64,000 nt of DNA. It comes from Klebsormidium nitens (Eukaryota; Plantae; Klebsormidiophyceae). The translations under genes were made by a program, and so were the position numbers. The stretch is from positions 186,001 to 250,000 of the forward strand of contig DF236962.1 of the NCBI GenBank assembly GCA_000708835.1, in the 5' to 3' direction. Below the pieces are notes generated by a model. That model had not been told where the DNA came from. It saw only the letters and a list, made by a program, of their open reading frames with translations, and made no database searches. Numbering within the stretch: the stretch's first letter is position 1; each line of letters starts with the position of its first letter. Positions 23,999-38,400 of the stretch are shown here, piece by piece.

Positions 23999-26900
23999 AT
24001 GGCTTCCACCGCTATGGCTGGCGTCGCCGCCAAGGCCCAGCTTGGGTTCACCAAGTCCACCTTCAGCGGCCAGAGCCTGAAGGCTTCCTCCTCTGCTGTT
24101 GCCCCTGCCGTCAGGGCCAAGGCTGGGATCCGCGCTGCAGGTTACGATGAGGAGCTCAAGAAGACCGCTAAGACCATTGCCACCAAGGGCAGGGGTATCC
24201 TGGCTATGGATGAGTCAAACGCAACCGCAGGGCTCCGTTTGGCTTCCATCGGTGTTGAGAACACCGAGGAGAACCGCCGCCAGTACCGTGAGCTCCTAAC
24301 CACTGCCCCCGGGTTGGGACAGTATGTGTCTGGTGCCATTCTCTTCGAGGAGACCCTGTACCAGTCCACCGCTGACGGCAGGAAGTTCGTGGATGTCTTG
24401 AACGCGGAGAACATTGTTCCTGGAATCAAGGTTGACAAAGTAAGTGGTCAACCGTTGTGCTTGAAGCTGATCTTCGGAAGTGAATGTGCAATACAACATC
24501 GTGAGAGATGCACAGTGGATCTCAAACTCGTACAGGTGCAATGTGTGCAAACAAGCATATTTATAATGCAATGCATTCACCAGCAGATCGGTTTTGCAGC
24601 ATTTGGATTCAAATGGTTGGGAATGGGTACAATCAGATCTAGGCTTGCTTAGCATATTTCTTGCTTATCAGCAAGGAAGGAAGAGTACTGCGCTCTGTAG
24701 GTTGCCATGTTTAGCACAAGTGTACAACAGAAGACATGCTAACAGCAGTGAATGTGACTGTAAATACCTCTGTAGATGCAGAGGATTATCCAATGCTTTG
24801 TGTTGAAAACACGCATATTCGCATATTCCTGGCGCATATGTCAGTGTTCCGGACCTCCGGAGTGGTCTTGGAAGAAAGTTTGTCAGTATTCGCTTTCTGA
24901 TATTGACCAAGCAGCATCTTGACTCTGCAGGGTCTGGTTCCCCTCGCCGGATCCAATGATGAGTCGTGGTGCCAGGGTCTGGATGGGCTTGCTTCAAGGA
25001 CAGCTGCCTACTACAAGGCTGGTGCTCGGTTTGCCAAGTGGTGAGACATTGAAGACACCGAAGCTCTTATCATTGATGCTTTATCGAGCAGTTCGCGAGT
25101 CTTGACTGCTTGCATGAGTTTGCAAGGGCAAGGGAACAGGATCTGTGATGTGCGACCAACAGCAGGCCTGCACGTCCAGATGCTTTGCTAGTCATAAGGG
25201 ATAGACCAGGGGGAAGGATGAGCATTTGTCGATTTGTCGACTTGCACAGACCAGGGGTCCAGTCCAAGTGGAAGAAATCATTCGCAGGAGTATTTGCTAG
25301 GAACCCGCATAGGAGCCAGCATGATCAACAATGTGGTACTGCATAAGTGGCATTGAGCAACCCTCTTTCCGAAGTTGTCGTAGGGTTGAAGGAGTTTGTC
25401 TGAGTTTTGTTTGTACTTTGACTGATAGGTGTTGGTGGATGGGTTGAAATACAGCAGGGTGCCTCCTACAATTTCAGCAGTGGAGCAGTGGTCCAATCCA
25501 GGTCTCCTGAGAGGTTGACAAGTTGTTGGATAAGCAAAATTCAGGTTTCTACACAGCTGTAGCAATCGCAGCATTTCAAAGCATGCTCCTGGAAGGTGTT
25601 ACAGAATATACTAAGTGTTTGAGGTTGGAATTTGCAGGAGAACGGTTGTGAGCATCCCCAACGGCCCTTCCCCTCTGGCTGTGAAGGAGGCTGCCTGGGG
25701 TCTTGCCCGATATGCCGCCATCTCTCAGGTAAGGAGCACTCTGCAACATGGCTCCTTCACCTGCAGAGTCATTTGCTTGCAGATTTTGAACGATCTGTCA
25801 GCATGAGATTTGGTGTGCTGGCTGGTAGATATGTTACCAGGTTCTCGCAAACGATTTTTGAGAACGCTCGCATTCGCAGGAGCACTACTATCAGGTCTCC
25901 ACGGCATTATCAATGGTTGGACTACTGCTAGTGTGGTAACCGCTCAACTGCTTCGGTACTCAATTAGGGTTCAGATAGTCGGGCTTGCACAAGGTCGCAA
26001 TTGGATTACTGCAACAAGCAGACAATGGTCTCCAATGCAGAGGAGACAGGGTTTTCCGCATTTACCAAGTGATGTTCACCTGGTCTGTCCGCGCATCTTC
26101 TTTTTTGGTTTCCATAAGGGCTGCACTTTCTTTGGATTTGCACAAGGCTTGCAGCATCTAGTTCAGCATTTTGCAAGGGAGCACATGTACCACCATAGCA
26201 TCGCTTTTGCATCCACCCTTCTTAAGTTCCTCTGTTCTTCTGCAGGACAACGGCCTCGTCCCCATTGTTGAGCCCGAGATCCTCCTCGACGGCGACCACG
26301 ACATTGACAGGACTCTGGAGGTTGCTATGGATGTGTGGTCAAACACGTTCAAGTACCTGGCAGAAAACAACGTCCTCTTCGAGGGCATCCTCCTGAAGCC
26401 TAGCATGGTCACCCCCGGAGCCCAGCACAAGAACAGGCCCACCCCCGAGCAGGTTGCTGACTACACCCTGACCCTCCTCAGGAGACGCGTCCCCCCCGCC
26501 GTCCCTGGTATCATGGTGAGTGCTGCAAGAGATCGCACTTTGCTTGGACTTGGTAATGTAGGAAGCTGCATGGTAAGAGCAAACGTGCTGGCTCGAGGAA
26601 GCTGAAGTGAGGTTTGAGCAAATACTGAAGCTGTCTGCTTGGAGGAGAGCCAAGTTCGAGCATGAAGCTAATTGTGCGCTGCTGTGATCTTGTCGTGATG
26701 ACCATTTACCTGAATGCATAGGAAGACATGCTCTCTTGCTAGAGGAAGTGCAAGGCAATGACCTAAAAGAAAGTTATGTTTGGTTCTGGCATGAGGAGCG
26801 CACTTCTAATGCGGACGGGAATATCTGAAGCAGTTTGGTTGTTTAGGATTGGACCAGCATGTCTGACACGCTTGTTTTTCCGTCTGCAGTTCCTGTCCGG

Positions 26901-27168
26901 AGGACAGTCCGAGGTCGAGGCCACCCTTAACCTTAACGCCATGAACCAGAGCCCCAACCCGTGGCACGTATCCTTCTCATACGCCCGTGCTCTTCAAAAC
27001 TCCGTCCTGAAGACATGGCAGGGCAAGCCCGAGAACTTCGACAAGGCCCAGCAGGCTTTGTTGATCCGCGCCAAGGCCAACTCTTTGGCCCAGATCGGAA
27101 AGTACAGCGAGGAGGGTGAGGCTGCTGAGGCCAAGCAGGGCATGTACCAGGCCAACTACTCGTACTAA
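23999..27168 (+). CDS. FBA: Fructose-bisphosphate aldolase class I, plastid-type
   Basis: Transit peptide [17 protein letters not shown]...; exons 23999-24439 ([10 protein letters not shown]...[11 protein letters not shown]...GIKVDK), 24931-25040 ([22 protein letters not shown]), 25638-25728, 26246-26515 ([11 protein letters not shown]...GILLKPSMV), 26890-27168 (FLSGGQSE...SFSYARALQ...C-terminal Y). Confidence 0.97.
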
Positions 27169-28233
27169 ACAGTCTAGGAGTTGTGAGCCAGGTTGAATGT
27201 GTTACATCCATACAGGTGACGTGAATCGTTGTCGGACCTCAGGTTCAGTGTGCTTTGGGGCTTGCAAAGTGTGGCATGTTTGGCCACCGCAGATCAGAAA
27301 GGCACATAAGCATAGGGGGCTTGCCATTCAGGCCTCTAATCCGCGTATGAGTACAGCCCTTGAAACTTTTGAGATACATATTAGCTGCTGCCTTCAGGTC
27401 AAGGCTTTTCTAAACGCACCATTGTGCACACTGCGCCACGTGCTAGCTGTCAATCCGTGCAGTCATTCACAGCACGCCAAGTTCATTATCTTGTTCAACT
27501 GCAATGCCTTCAGCTCTGATGCTACCTCATAGCAAGGAATTGCAGGAGGTATGTTGCATCCCACCATCATGTGGCCGCCAGGGATTCTGCATATCAGTCG
27601 CATTTAGTGCCCACGATAATTCAGGCCATGCTGATGCACTAGAATATAGTTGCATGGAGATTGGAGCGGAGCCAGATTCGCCATAAAATGCCGCACAGAG
27701 TGTACACATGGACAGTTGTGACCAGACCGGCCGGTTGGGCATGATGTGCAGACCCACACTCTGAAATCTTTTGGCTTGGTATTCAATTCAGGCTTCGACC
27801 AACAAGCTGCTTGGTATACAAGCATGAGCGCTATCCATTAGATTTGCGTGGGGCCGGCGAGCTGGACAGCAACCGGTAAGTTTGGATTTGCACTGCGTGC
27901 CATGGGCCGGTGGTGACAAGTTTGTCCATACTCCGGATGTTCTATCACTGTGATATCGGGCCACATATATAGACTGCATGAGCTTTGAATTTGGCCTAGG
28001 GTAGCAAGCATTCGCAAAAAAGTGCATGAACCAAGAATACTGGTTCCGGCCATTGATTTAATGCAGGATCATGGTGCCAAAACACCAATATTGACAGCGA
28101 CGTCTAACAGTGACGCGACCTTTTAGCTTTATATCTAAAGGAACCACTTTTCCAGATGTGCTGCACAATCATCAATACATGGCCTCAACCAACCTTGAAA
28201 TTTTACAACGGCTCAGAAATGAACACCCTGCCG

Positions 28234-31200
28234 TCAAGACGGCGCAACCATCATATGTTCCCCCCAACTCAAGAGCCTCGAATTTTCTTGTTCTCTAATG
28301 CTGTGGTGTGACAAATAACTGCCCCCATGACTAGCCTCAATAGCCCTCGTTTCACCTTGGGGAACCCTCCCTGACGGAGGGCGATGCTCCCCAACCACCA
28401 GATGGGTATGCGATATTCCGTCTACTTGCCTCTTTTGATAGCTGTATAGTCTTGGTCGCTTTGGGAGGCTATCTTCCCCATCACTGCTGCTAGCAGCACT
28501 CTGCATTTCTGCCAACCTTTGAGCAATCAGGTTCACAGACTCCATTTCTTCCCGTTCTTCCGCTGGATCTTTCCGCCTGCGTGAGAACGACGGCTGACCG
28601 TTGAGCATTTTGGACACGCACACGTGTTCAGCTATCAGCAAGAGATTTCGCGCAACAACAAAGGCATCCAGCTATCAATTTCTAGGGTTGGTTGAGCCCC
28701 TTCCATTCGAGCACCCCACCTCACCAGGCCTTGAATCCTGGCAAAGCCACACGAAACGTATCGTTGATAGCATGCGAATCCGCTCAAATTTCAGGAATCC
28801 CGCACAAGCCTGCGAAGTCTGCACCTGGAGTCGTGCAAGCAGTTGACTTTTCAACCGACTGCCTGAGGCACGCATCGGACATGCCTCTCAACGGCCGATA
28901 AGTCCCCAACTTTTAATGAGGTGACCCCAAGAACAAGCAAACTCACCTCCGTTTGCTCCCTGCGGTGGCTACTACCCCAAGCCTGCTTAAGCCCAGGTCC
29001 TCTTCCGCCCCCCAGCCTCCGCTAGTGCTTGCCGCCAGCGGACTGCTGGTGTCACACCGGCACATGCCCTCCAATTCGACGCCGCAGGAAGGACACGCGA
29101 CCCTCCTCCTGGCAAGCACAACACTTCGAACAGTAAGTCATGGCTAGCGTCGGCCGTCAGGTAAGCTACTGCCACTCGCTACATAAAGCTGCTTATCGCA
29201 CTCGCTTCTTTCCAACCAAGTTCCATCATGAGAGGATGAGTCGAGGCCGGAAGGTCGCACTAACTGAGGAGCGACCCGACGGACGGACCGGCCGACTTGA
29301 GTAAGCACACGAAGCACCAGCAAACCAATTTTGAACGCAAAACGAGTCCTGCCCGAAGAATTGCCTTCATAACCAGGCGCTCCGCCTCGAGTGGGACCTC
29401 GAGCTCGTTCTGTTGTCGAAACGCGAGAAGATCAGACCAGGCCAGCTGTACTACCCCTCTTATTAGACAAGACCATCGGGTGAGATTCATACTGAAAGGG
29501 TGAGGGCAGACAAAAGGAAAAGGAGGCTGCCTTACCGACACATGATGGCCACGAAGTCGTCAATCAACACGGGCCACGCCCCTTCCGGGTCGTAGTTGCT
29601 TAAGTCCTCGTGGATACTTCTGCTAAAGTCCAACACTTGGCGCCACGTGTCTTCTGTAATAGCATGCTTCTGGTGCACCTAATAAGAGAGGTCAGCGGAT
29701 AAGTAAGACAGGACCCGTTAATGTACTGATTGCAAGCACGTCAGCTCTCGGAGAACCCATGAAAGTCCCGAATTTTGATGTAGACGGAGTTCATGGTCGA
29801 ACCGACAGTCATGGCAAATCAGGCCCGAAATGCCAAAGTTTCACAGGAACTGGCTGAAGCTGAGATCTCGTCTTCAGCCCCTGAGATTCTTCGTTACACA
29901 CCATAATCAAAACAGGTAACTACCTACAAAGGACTCAAGGAGGGAAAGGATTGTCCAACTAACCAGGGTGGGTCGAGACATGAAGGATTGGGCATATCGC
30001 ACTTCTCAGCCGCGACCTTTCACTTCGACTTTACAAGAAGGTGCGTGCATAGTTTCACAAACCTCAATCGAGGGATGATCATCAGCTGCATCCTGGCACA
30101 AACACAAAGGCGAATCCGGTTCCGCAAGGAGCTGCCAAGTCTCTCTGCTTCTCCTTTGCAGACCGGCTTTGCTAGGGGCAACTACGACGGGTGTTTGAAG
30201 TTTACGATTTACCCGAACGAAACTGCACCACTGATCGAGTAGCCTGAAACGCCCGGCCAACACAAGCCTCCATGCATCAATAGCCCCCTCAACACCTGGG
30301 AAGAACGTGATCAGATTTGTAAGCGATCACAAGCCATCCTGAGGAACTTTCGGCACTTCAAATGGTAACTACTCGACAGCAAGTATCCAAGAGCAAGCGG
30401 CGAGCCCCAAACCAGGGAAGCAGATTTCGGTTTTCTGGCCGAGGAATGGAATTGGACCGAAGCACAACTACACATCAGTGAGTCAAGAACCAGATATGCA
30501 GCACATGCTGAGCAGTCCTGGACCCAACATGACATAGGGGCAGATATGGAAAGAAGAATCACCCTCCATGATGAGGAGTCACAGGTTCCATTCACTCACT
30601 GAGATTCTTCTGTCCTCGTTCGCGTGCGACAAAGAAGACAAACCGGTAGAAGATACCATACCGAGATGTATCCAGCAACTGCACGAACAGGTAGGTTGAG
30701 ATCATTTTCGCGATTGGGGATTGGTGATTCTTGGAAGCCCTCAGGAAATCAGATGCACCCATCTGGCTGGGGCGACGTTGAGTTGTAGGGTGCAAGCTTT
30801 TTGGGTTTAACCTCATCTCTGAGGGAGCTGTGCACTGTCCATGTCTCTCATAGCATCAATTCTCCAACACACCATTACAAGACATTGATTATCGACCAAC
30901 CGAAGTCAAATCAGACCCAGCAGTAAACCTGGGAGACGATGACCTATCAAGAGTGGCCTCATACCTCCCCTCGCAACTCTGAAGCGAGCCTCCGTAAAGT
31001 GTTCAAAGACGCACGCCTGCAAGAATAACGATGTGTGGCAGCATCAGTCAAGAGGATGCAGTCACCGAACACGGTACTCTCGACCGTTCGAGAGTCGAGG
31101 CCAATGCTGCCTCCTCTTTGTGCCTGCTTAAGCTATTAACAACCCACATGTAGTAGCTAAGCAGTGCAAGACTGGAAACTCGGGCCCATGGCCCATTGAG

Positions 31201-31679
31201 AAGGCGGCTTTGTGAAGAAAACCACTATTGACATTGTGTAGTGTGAATGAACGCCAAGGTCAAGGTGACTAAGGGATCAAGAGAAAGAAGAGTCCATCAG
31301 ATCAGGATGCGAACCTCACCCCACCAGATTATGAGATTCAATGTATGACAAAAGGGGCGCCAGTCTGGCCCTTGTGCCGGCGGCACTATCCTCTTTCAAA
31401 AGAATACCTGCAGAGCACTCAGGAAGAAAGTTCAGATACTCTTCAAGTTTGCCGGACACTTCAATTGTAAAGACAGGAGAACTATCAGTCATCGAGCGAA
31501 CATATCAAGGTACCAGACCCGTGCCCCGCGCATATCCTGACCAGGAGCAATCATCAGTGACAATACTCACTCTGGTATTCACAATAAACCGTGCGAAGGT
31601 TGTTGATCTCCGGGAGAGCTTGATTGTACGGCTGTGACCTTGACCACTCATCCGCATCTTCCATCATGCCATCCTCCAT
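28234..31679 (-). CDS. AAR3: DCN1-like (cullin-binding/PONY domain) protein of the AAR3 type with a C-terminal extension
   Basis: Spliced exons give [91 protein letters not shown], the DCN1 signature with AAR3-like wording. Putative ATG at 31679; the 3' end at about 28234 is less certain. Confidence 0.8.
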
Positions 31680-32498
31680 TGTGCTGTCTGATGTTGCAGG
31701 CAAATAGTGAGCCCTTCCACCTTCTGCCCTTCTTCTTCCAAACTTTCTAGCACAGACAACTACCAGCTCTGACTTACCACCAGCTATCTATTATCAACAA
31801 ATCGTCATAAGTTGTATTCCGTCTACCCCGCCACCACCACTGCAAAACGCGGCATAAGAAGGTGCACAATTGTGGTGCGAGATAGCGCTTTTGTAAGAAA
31901 TGGTTTGCAAAATTGCCTCCAGCTCCTCAACTCCGACTCTGAGCGCCTCCACCTGGTCCAATCTGCTGTTCTCTTGCCCAAAGTTTTCTGCTTGCGAGAC
32001 TCCGACTCGGACATGCAAGTTCAACTTCAGACGGCGCTGCGCCGCTGGCCATTTTGGTCGTGATGTACGAAGGATAGATCTCGGAGAACCCCTTGCGAAA
32101 CACCGGGATACAGATCCAAGACGTCCGCGAAATTCTGAAATTGAGTCATTCTGAAACTGGAGACCCTCATATCGATATTTCCGACTTATCCGCTTCGCTT
32201 ACCTACTAAGAAATTGGTTTCCTGTCTGGACTCTGGACTCGATTGCTGGAGTCACTTCAACAGACCTGCAGTCACTGTTCAGGGCGCGTGGGGTAGCGCC
32301 ACAGAGCAGCTCGAAAGACAATTTGGAAGCAGGAGAAGGAGCACCGTGACAGAGGACGCAGGAAGGTGTGAGCAAGCCAGTTCGGATTGTTTATTGGTAT
32401 TATGGAAGTAGCATTTGGCCTCTGTCGGAACTGCATAGGATCAGCTGTGCGTGTGTAGAGCAAAGAAACCCCTCACGGCGCAAAAAAGGGCGGGCAAG

Positions 32499-35400
32499 AT
32501 GGAGAAACCGTGTCATTTGCTGGTGCATTTTGACAAGGGCACCCCCGCCTTGGCCAATGAGATCAAGTCGGATTTGGAGGGGAGCGATGTCGTCAGGAAG
32601 CAGGATGCAATGAAGAAAGCAATTATGCTCCTGCTGAATGGGGAGCAGCTCCCGACACTGTTTATCACCATAGTGCGCTACGTGCTCCCTTCAGAGGATC
32701 ACACAGTGCAGAAGCTCCTTCTGCTGTACCTGGAGATAATTGACAAGACGGATGCGGCGGGGAAGGTCCTCCCAGAGATGATTCTCATTTGCCAGAATCT
32801 GCGCAACAATCTGCAGCACCCGAACGAGTATCTGCGGGGGGTCACGCTGAGGTTCCTGTGCAGAATCCAGGAGAGGGAGCTGCTTGAGCCGCTGATCCCG
32901 TCTATCCAGGCCAACTTGGAGCATCGGCACTCCTTTGTGCGCAAGAACGCCGTGCTCGCAGTCAACGCCATCTACAAGCTTCCTCATGCGGAGGACTTCC
33001 TGCAAGATGCGCCAGAGTTGATTGAGCGCTTCTTAGGCAATGAGCAGGACGCCTCGGCGCGGCGCAATGCGTTCCTTATGCTCTACCACAGCTCGCAGGA
33101 GCGGGCCGTCCACTTCCTCCTCTCCAATCTGGACAACGTCCCCAACTGGCCCGACATCATGCAGATGGTCGTGCTGGAGCTCATCCGCAAGGTTTGCCGC
33201 ACAAACCCTGGCGAGAAGGGCAAGTACATCAAGATCATCCTCACTCTCCTGGGGACCACATCCACTGCTGTGGTCTACGAGTGCGCTGGTACTCTGGTTG
33301 CGCTCTCATCCGCCCCCACCGCCATCAGGGCGGCGGCAAACAGCTACTGCCAACTCCTGGTTTCAGAGAGCGACAACAACGTCAAGCTGATCATCCTGGA
33401 CCGGTTGCAGGTGAGGAATCTCAGGATGGATCTCAATTGTCTGATGACATTTTCTGAGGCATTCTTACTATACGCCACCAATGTCCCGGTGGCAGCTGAT
33501 TTCTGGATTTATTGCATTCTGCTGATTTGCAGACATTTCATTATCACAAGTTGGGATTGATGACACTGCTACGTTTGTGGAGTCCTGCTTGCTTGCCCGC
33601 TTCATCTTCACTGGATTGTTCATCTGGCTTATCCCAACTTGACAGATCTTCCACAACGCGCCATAAGCAGTGCCTAGAAGGTTTTCTGGTTCGCTGTAAT
33701 CAGGGGTGTAGAAACCTTGTTCTTGGGCCCCATTTTATAGGCCACAGAAAAGCTGGAAAAGTTTATGGATTTCCTCTTTTAGGCACTTTGTGCTTGTCAG
33801 CTCTCCAGATTGTGCAGATGGTGACTAATGGATTTGATCCCTCTACGGGCTCAAGTCCTTCCCACTAGAAGGTGTTGGTTGTTTTGTCCATCAGCCAAGT
33901 AATACTTCAATGGAACGCTCGACAGTTCCCCTGTAGCAAGTTAGCCTTTCAACATAGAACGGGAGGTCAGCTTTCTTCTTCCATAAACAAATTTCTGTAG
34001 AAGTCCTATAGATTGAGATACTGCAATCTTAGCTTGATGACCTTACGTCTCCAGGAACTCAAGTCCAGCCACCGGGAGGTGATGGTTGACATGATCATGG
34101 ACGTGCTGCGCGTGCTGTCCAGCCCCAACATGGACATCCGGCGCAAGACGCTGGACATTGCGCTGGACCTGATCACGCCGCGCAACATCGACGAGGTCGT
34201 GCTCACGCTCAAGAAGGAGGTGGTCAAGACGCAAAACAAGGAGCTGGAGAAAGTGGGGGAGTACCGGCAGATGCTCGTGCAGGTAAGTGGGGCTGGCATG
34301 AACTGTGAGCAGCTTGTTTGCACATCAGCAGGGGCTGCTTTGTACAACTTCAATCTCAGAAAGGACAGGTCGCCTGAGCAAGGGTTGTTTTGACCACCTG
34401 ATTCATTGCAAGCAGTTGCAAATAAGTCTTCGAGGGAGTGTGGCTGGATACTGAGAAATGCACTTTCAGTGAGATTGAAGGATTCGTTGGAGATTCCTCC
34501 TTTGCGCTTTACAGTCAACGGTGCTGAATGCCTGCAGATTGCTTCCAAAGACTCAATCTGATTCAATCTAGAACCACGCAAGCAAACCTTTCCAGCACTG
34601 CTCGCTCGCCAATTCTGCAGAGTACTGACCAACTCCTAAAGACTCGGCAACAATGTTGCCTTCAAATCAGCTCCATCCAAGTACATTCTTCTACCTTCCC
34701 TTCCCTTTGTTTACAAGGCAAACCGCAAGTAACCCTCCACTAACCCTTCATTCCTGGACTTCAGGCGATTCACAACTGCGCCATCAAGTTCCCCGACGTC
34801 GCCAGCAGCGTGGTGCACGTGCTGATGGACTTCCTCGGCGACAGCAACACGGCATCGGCGCTCGATGTGGTCTTCTTTGTGCGCGAGATCATCGAGACCA
34901 ACCCCAAGCTGCGCGAGTCCATTGTGACGCGCCTCCTCGACACCTTCTCCCAGATCCGCTCCGCACGCGTCTGTGCGTGCGCGCTGTGGATCATCGGCGA
35001 GTACTGCCAGTCGCTGCCCGAGGTGGAGTCCGGCCTCAGGTATGTTCCTTGCGAACCTCTGCTGCTAGGTCAAAAAATCTTAAGGTATGGTCTACAGGTA
35101 ACGAGTTGCAGGCTCTTCTTCCACCCCGTCTCAAGCAGTAGCTCTTTCTGCATGGCCGAGTGATTCTTCTCTCACAACCTATGTGGACAAGCTTTACCGT
35201 TCGCAACAAGGAACTGGTGACTTAAAGTAAACACGTCACAGAAGGAATCTGAAAGGGCTCCGCTGAATGACCTGATGGTGGGCAGCCTACCACGTGCCTT
35301 CATGCGTTCAAGGTCTTGGTTTCGATCCTTTCGCAGCTTCAATTGAGTTCACAGTTTGATGGCTAGTCCCTCAGGTCCGTCGGGTCCACCGCGACCCTCG

Positions 35401-38400
35401 GAAAGTCCGCTTTTGGAGAACGGATGTAAGAGATGGTGAAGCACCTGAGGACCATCAACTGACATCACGCATCCACCTCCACTCGTCTGAACAGTAGGAG
35501 CCCGAAACTTCGTAGGTAACATCGATTCTGCTCTCTCGTGTTCTTTTTCCTGACGATTCTGGCTTCTCTTTCCGTAGCACGATCAAGACCTCCCTCGGCG
35601 ACCTCCCCTTCTTCACCGAGGAAGAGGCCCCCGCCGAGAACAACGAGAGCAAGCCCGCGCCGACGTCCGTCACGCCCGTCGTGTCGTCCAAGCGTCCGGC
35701 GGTCCTCGCAGACGGTACGTATGCCACCCAGAGCGCTGCGGTGGAGCTCGCGGCCGTTGCGCCGACCACGACGTTGGCGGCGGCGGCAGCCGCGGCGGCG
35801 AACCTCCGGGCGCTGCTTCTGACGGGTGACTTCTTCCTGGGGTCGGTCATTGCGACGACGCTCACGAAGCTGGTGCTGCGGTTAGAGGACCTGCATGCTT
35901 CCAAGGTGAGGCTTAGTCTGTGTTGCAAAGCGGTTGCGAAGGAAGTTGTTCGAAGTAGGTTTGGAGGGTTGTCCCTTGCTGGTCAGATCGGCGTATAAGG
36001 AGTTGCTTCAATATCGATCTGATCTACTCAGAACGAGCTTGTGCCGTTAGAAAAATAAAGGCTTCCGCATGTGACGAGGAGTCGCGGGTTGCAAACCGTC
36101 ATTTGGAGGCCTCATTGCACAGCCTGCTGGACGTTCACCAACACGTACCATATAGATTCCAACACTGTCCGCTGCAACATTTAGCACTGCAAAAGAGGTT
36201 TTAGAATTCCCAACTTTCGACCCAACTAAAGGATATTCACACTGTTCGCTAAGAAAGGGTCCCTATGAGCATTTCATCCCGTATTGGAGAGCAACGTCAT
36301 TCTTGCAGTGCTGTCTGCTCCACTCGTATCTTGCCAGAGCGTTACGACAGGGGCGTTTGAGTTGTCTCGAGTCCAACACGTTGTATCCACGCCTTCTCAC
36401 TTGCTGCTCCAGGTCGCGATCAACAAGGCGACCGCGGAGGCGCTCCTGTACCTCGTCTCCATCCTGCGGCTGGGCGAGTCCACGGCTCTCCCCCACCCGA
36501 TCGACGACGACTCCCGGGACCGCATCACGCTCGCGGTGCGCATCCTGTCGAGCCCGAGTGACGTCATGCGGCTCGTGTGGCTCAAGTACTGCCAGGACAG
36601 CTTCCGCAAGATGATTGTGGAGAAGCAGGCGCGCGAGACGGAGGAGTCGCGCGCCAAGCAGGCTGTCGCGTCCGCGCAGCCGGATGACCTCATCGACTTC
36701 TACCACCTCAAGAGTAGGAAGGTGAGGCGGCTGGTCGGTCGAAAGTTTGAGGTCCGACTGTTTATTCGTTTCGGACTCGAAACGCAGGGAGGTGGTCTTC
36801 TTCGAGGCTCATGTAGCAGGAGAATCGAGAAGTTGATTTGTAGTGATTACTGCCCAGGGATTAGTCACCAATGTGTATCATGCGCAGCTGACGAATGTTG
36901 GAGATGTCAATGTTTAGAAGATGATGCAAATGCAGCCCGGGTCGGAAACCTGATATATACGTTGAGGTCTTGAATCAGGGCGTCTCCCAGTAGCCTAAAA
37001 ATGTCGCACACTCCAAATCAGGGTGTACGATACTTTTCTATGCACTCATGAGGAAGTCAGGGAGACTGTCCAAAACGATACCAGCCAACTCCGTTTTGCA
37101 TGTTGGAAAAAGTCGGTTTACGACATGAGTTTGAAAAAGTATGTCATTTGCGCTTTGCCGACTTGGGACTACGTCCGGACTCTTTCAAGACCGCTCGACA
37201 TGATCAGAGATCTAGCGACCGGACAGAAGCCCTGTTGTTCCCCAGATCCCGTTGTCACAGTGGCGTAGTTGAAGCCCTTGTTTTGTGAGCAGCCGGAGTT
37301 GTATGCAACCCTGCAGTCAATGCCATACTAGTGTGCTTACGATTCATCGAACTTCTTTTGGCGTTTCAGGGCCTGAGCCAGGTGGAGCTGGAGGACGAGG
37401 TGCAGAACGACCTGAAGCGCGCGACGGGCGAGATCTCCAAGGAGAGCGAGGGCATCCGCAAGCTCAACCGGGTGCTGCAGCTAACGGGCTTCAGCGACCC
37501 CGTGTACGCAGAGGCCTACGTCACTGTGCACCAGGTACGGTCTTGCGCATGTAAACTATCGCTCGCTGTCTAACCTTCGTCTTAAAAGCTTGATTTGCAC
37601 AAGAGAGAACTGACGAGGTACAACTCTGCAGTACCGGTCGCGCTTGAAATCAGTTTTGATGGCGCGGGCTTGCCCAATTCACTATGGGCAGATTGGGCTT
37701 GGTTGGTGACTGCAGCTACTCCTGCCCGGCTTTTTTAGTGCTTCTTCATCATTTTTGCTAGCTGATGCTCCAAAATGAATGGCGCCCCGAAAGTATCAAT
37801 GCTTTCTGTGGTCCGTTGGATGCAACAACAATCGTGCGAGGAGACATTACGACTTTGTCTGGCACACTTGCAAAATGTCGCTGTTCACCGCAAAGAGGCA
37901 AGTAGTACAAACAATCTGATCCGTGCCAGTCGCTTACTTGGAAAGGAATTAAGAAAGCCGGAGGAGAAGAAAAGGTCTGTACGGCGATTCTAAAGTTTTT
38001 CATCCACGGAAGCCCATGGCACGTGTACCAATTCTTATCCGTCCGATTCTGCAGTACGACATCGTGTTGGACGTGACGGTGGTGAACCGGACGAGCGAGA
38101 CGCTGCAGAACCTGTGCTTGGAGTTGGCGACCATGGGGGACCTCAAGCTGGTGGAGCGGCCGCAGAACTACACGCTCGGGCCGGAGGCCAGCAAGCAGAT
38201 CCGGGCCAACATCAAGGTGGGTTAACGCTTGGGTCAGCGCTCGGTTTACAGGCTCAATTCGCGCAGCCTCGTTATGGCCATATCCTGGTCTCTGTCAGGA
38301 CCTGTTCCTGATCCAATTGGGTTCTCGTTGCTTGCTCTGATTCGACACAATCCGGACGCTCGGAACGTAGAAAACACGCCCATTTGCTTGTGAGCGTTCT

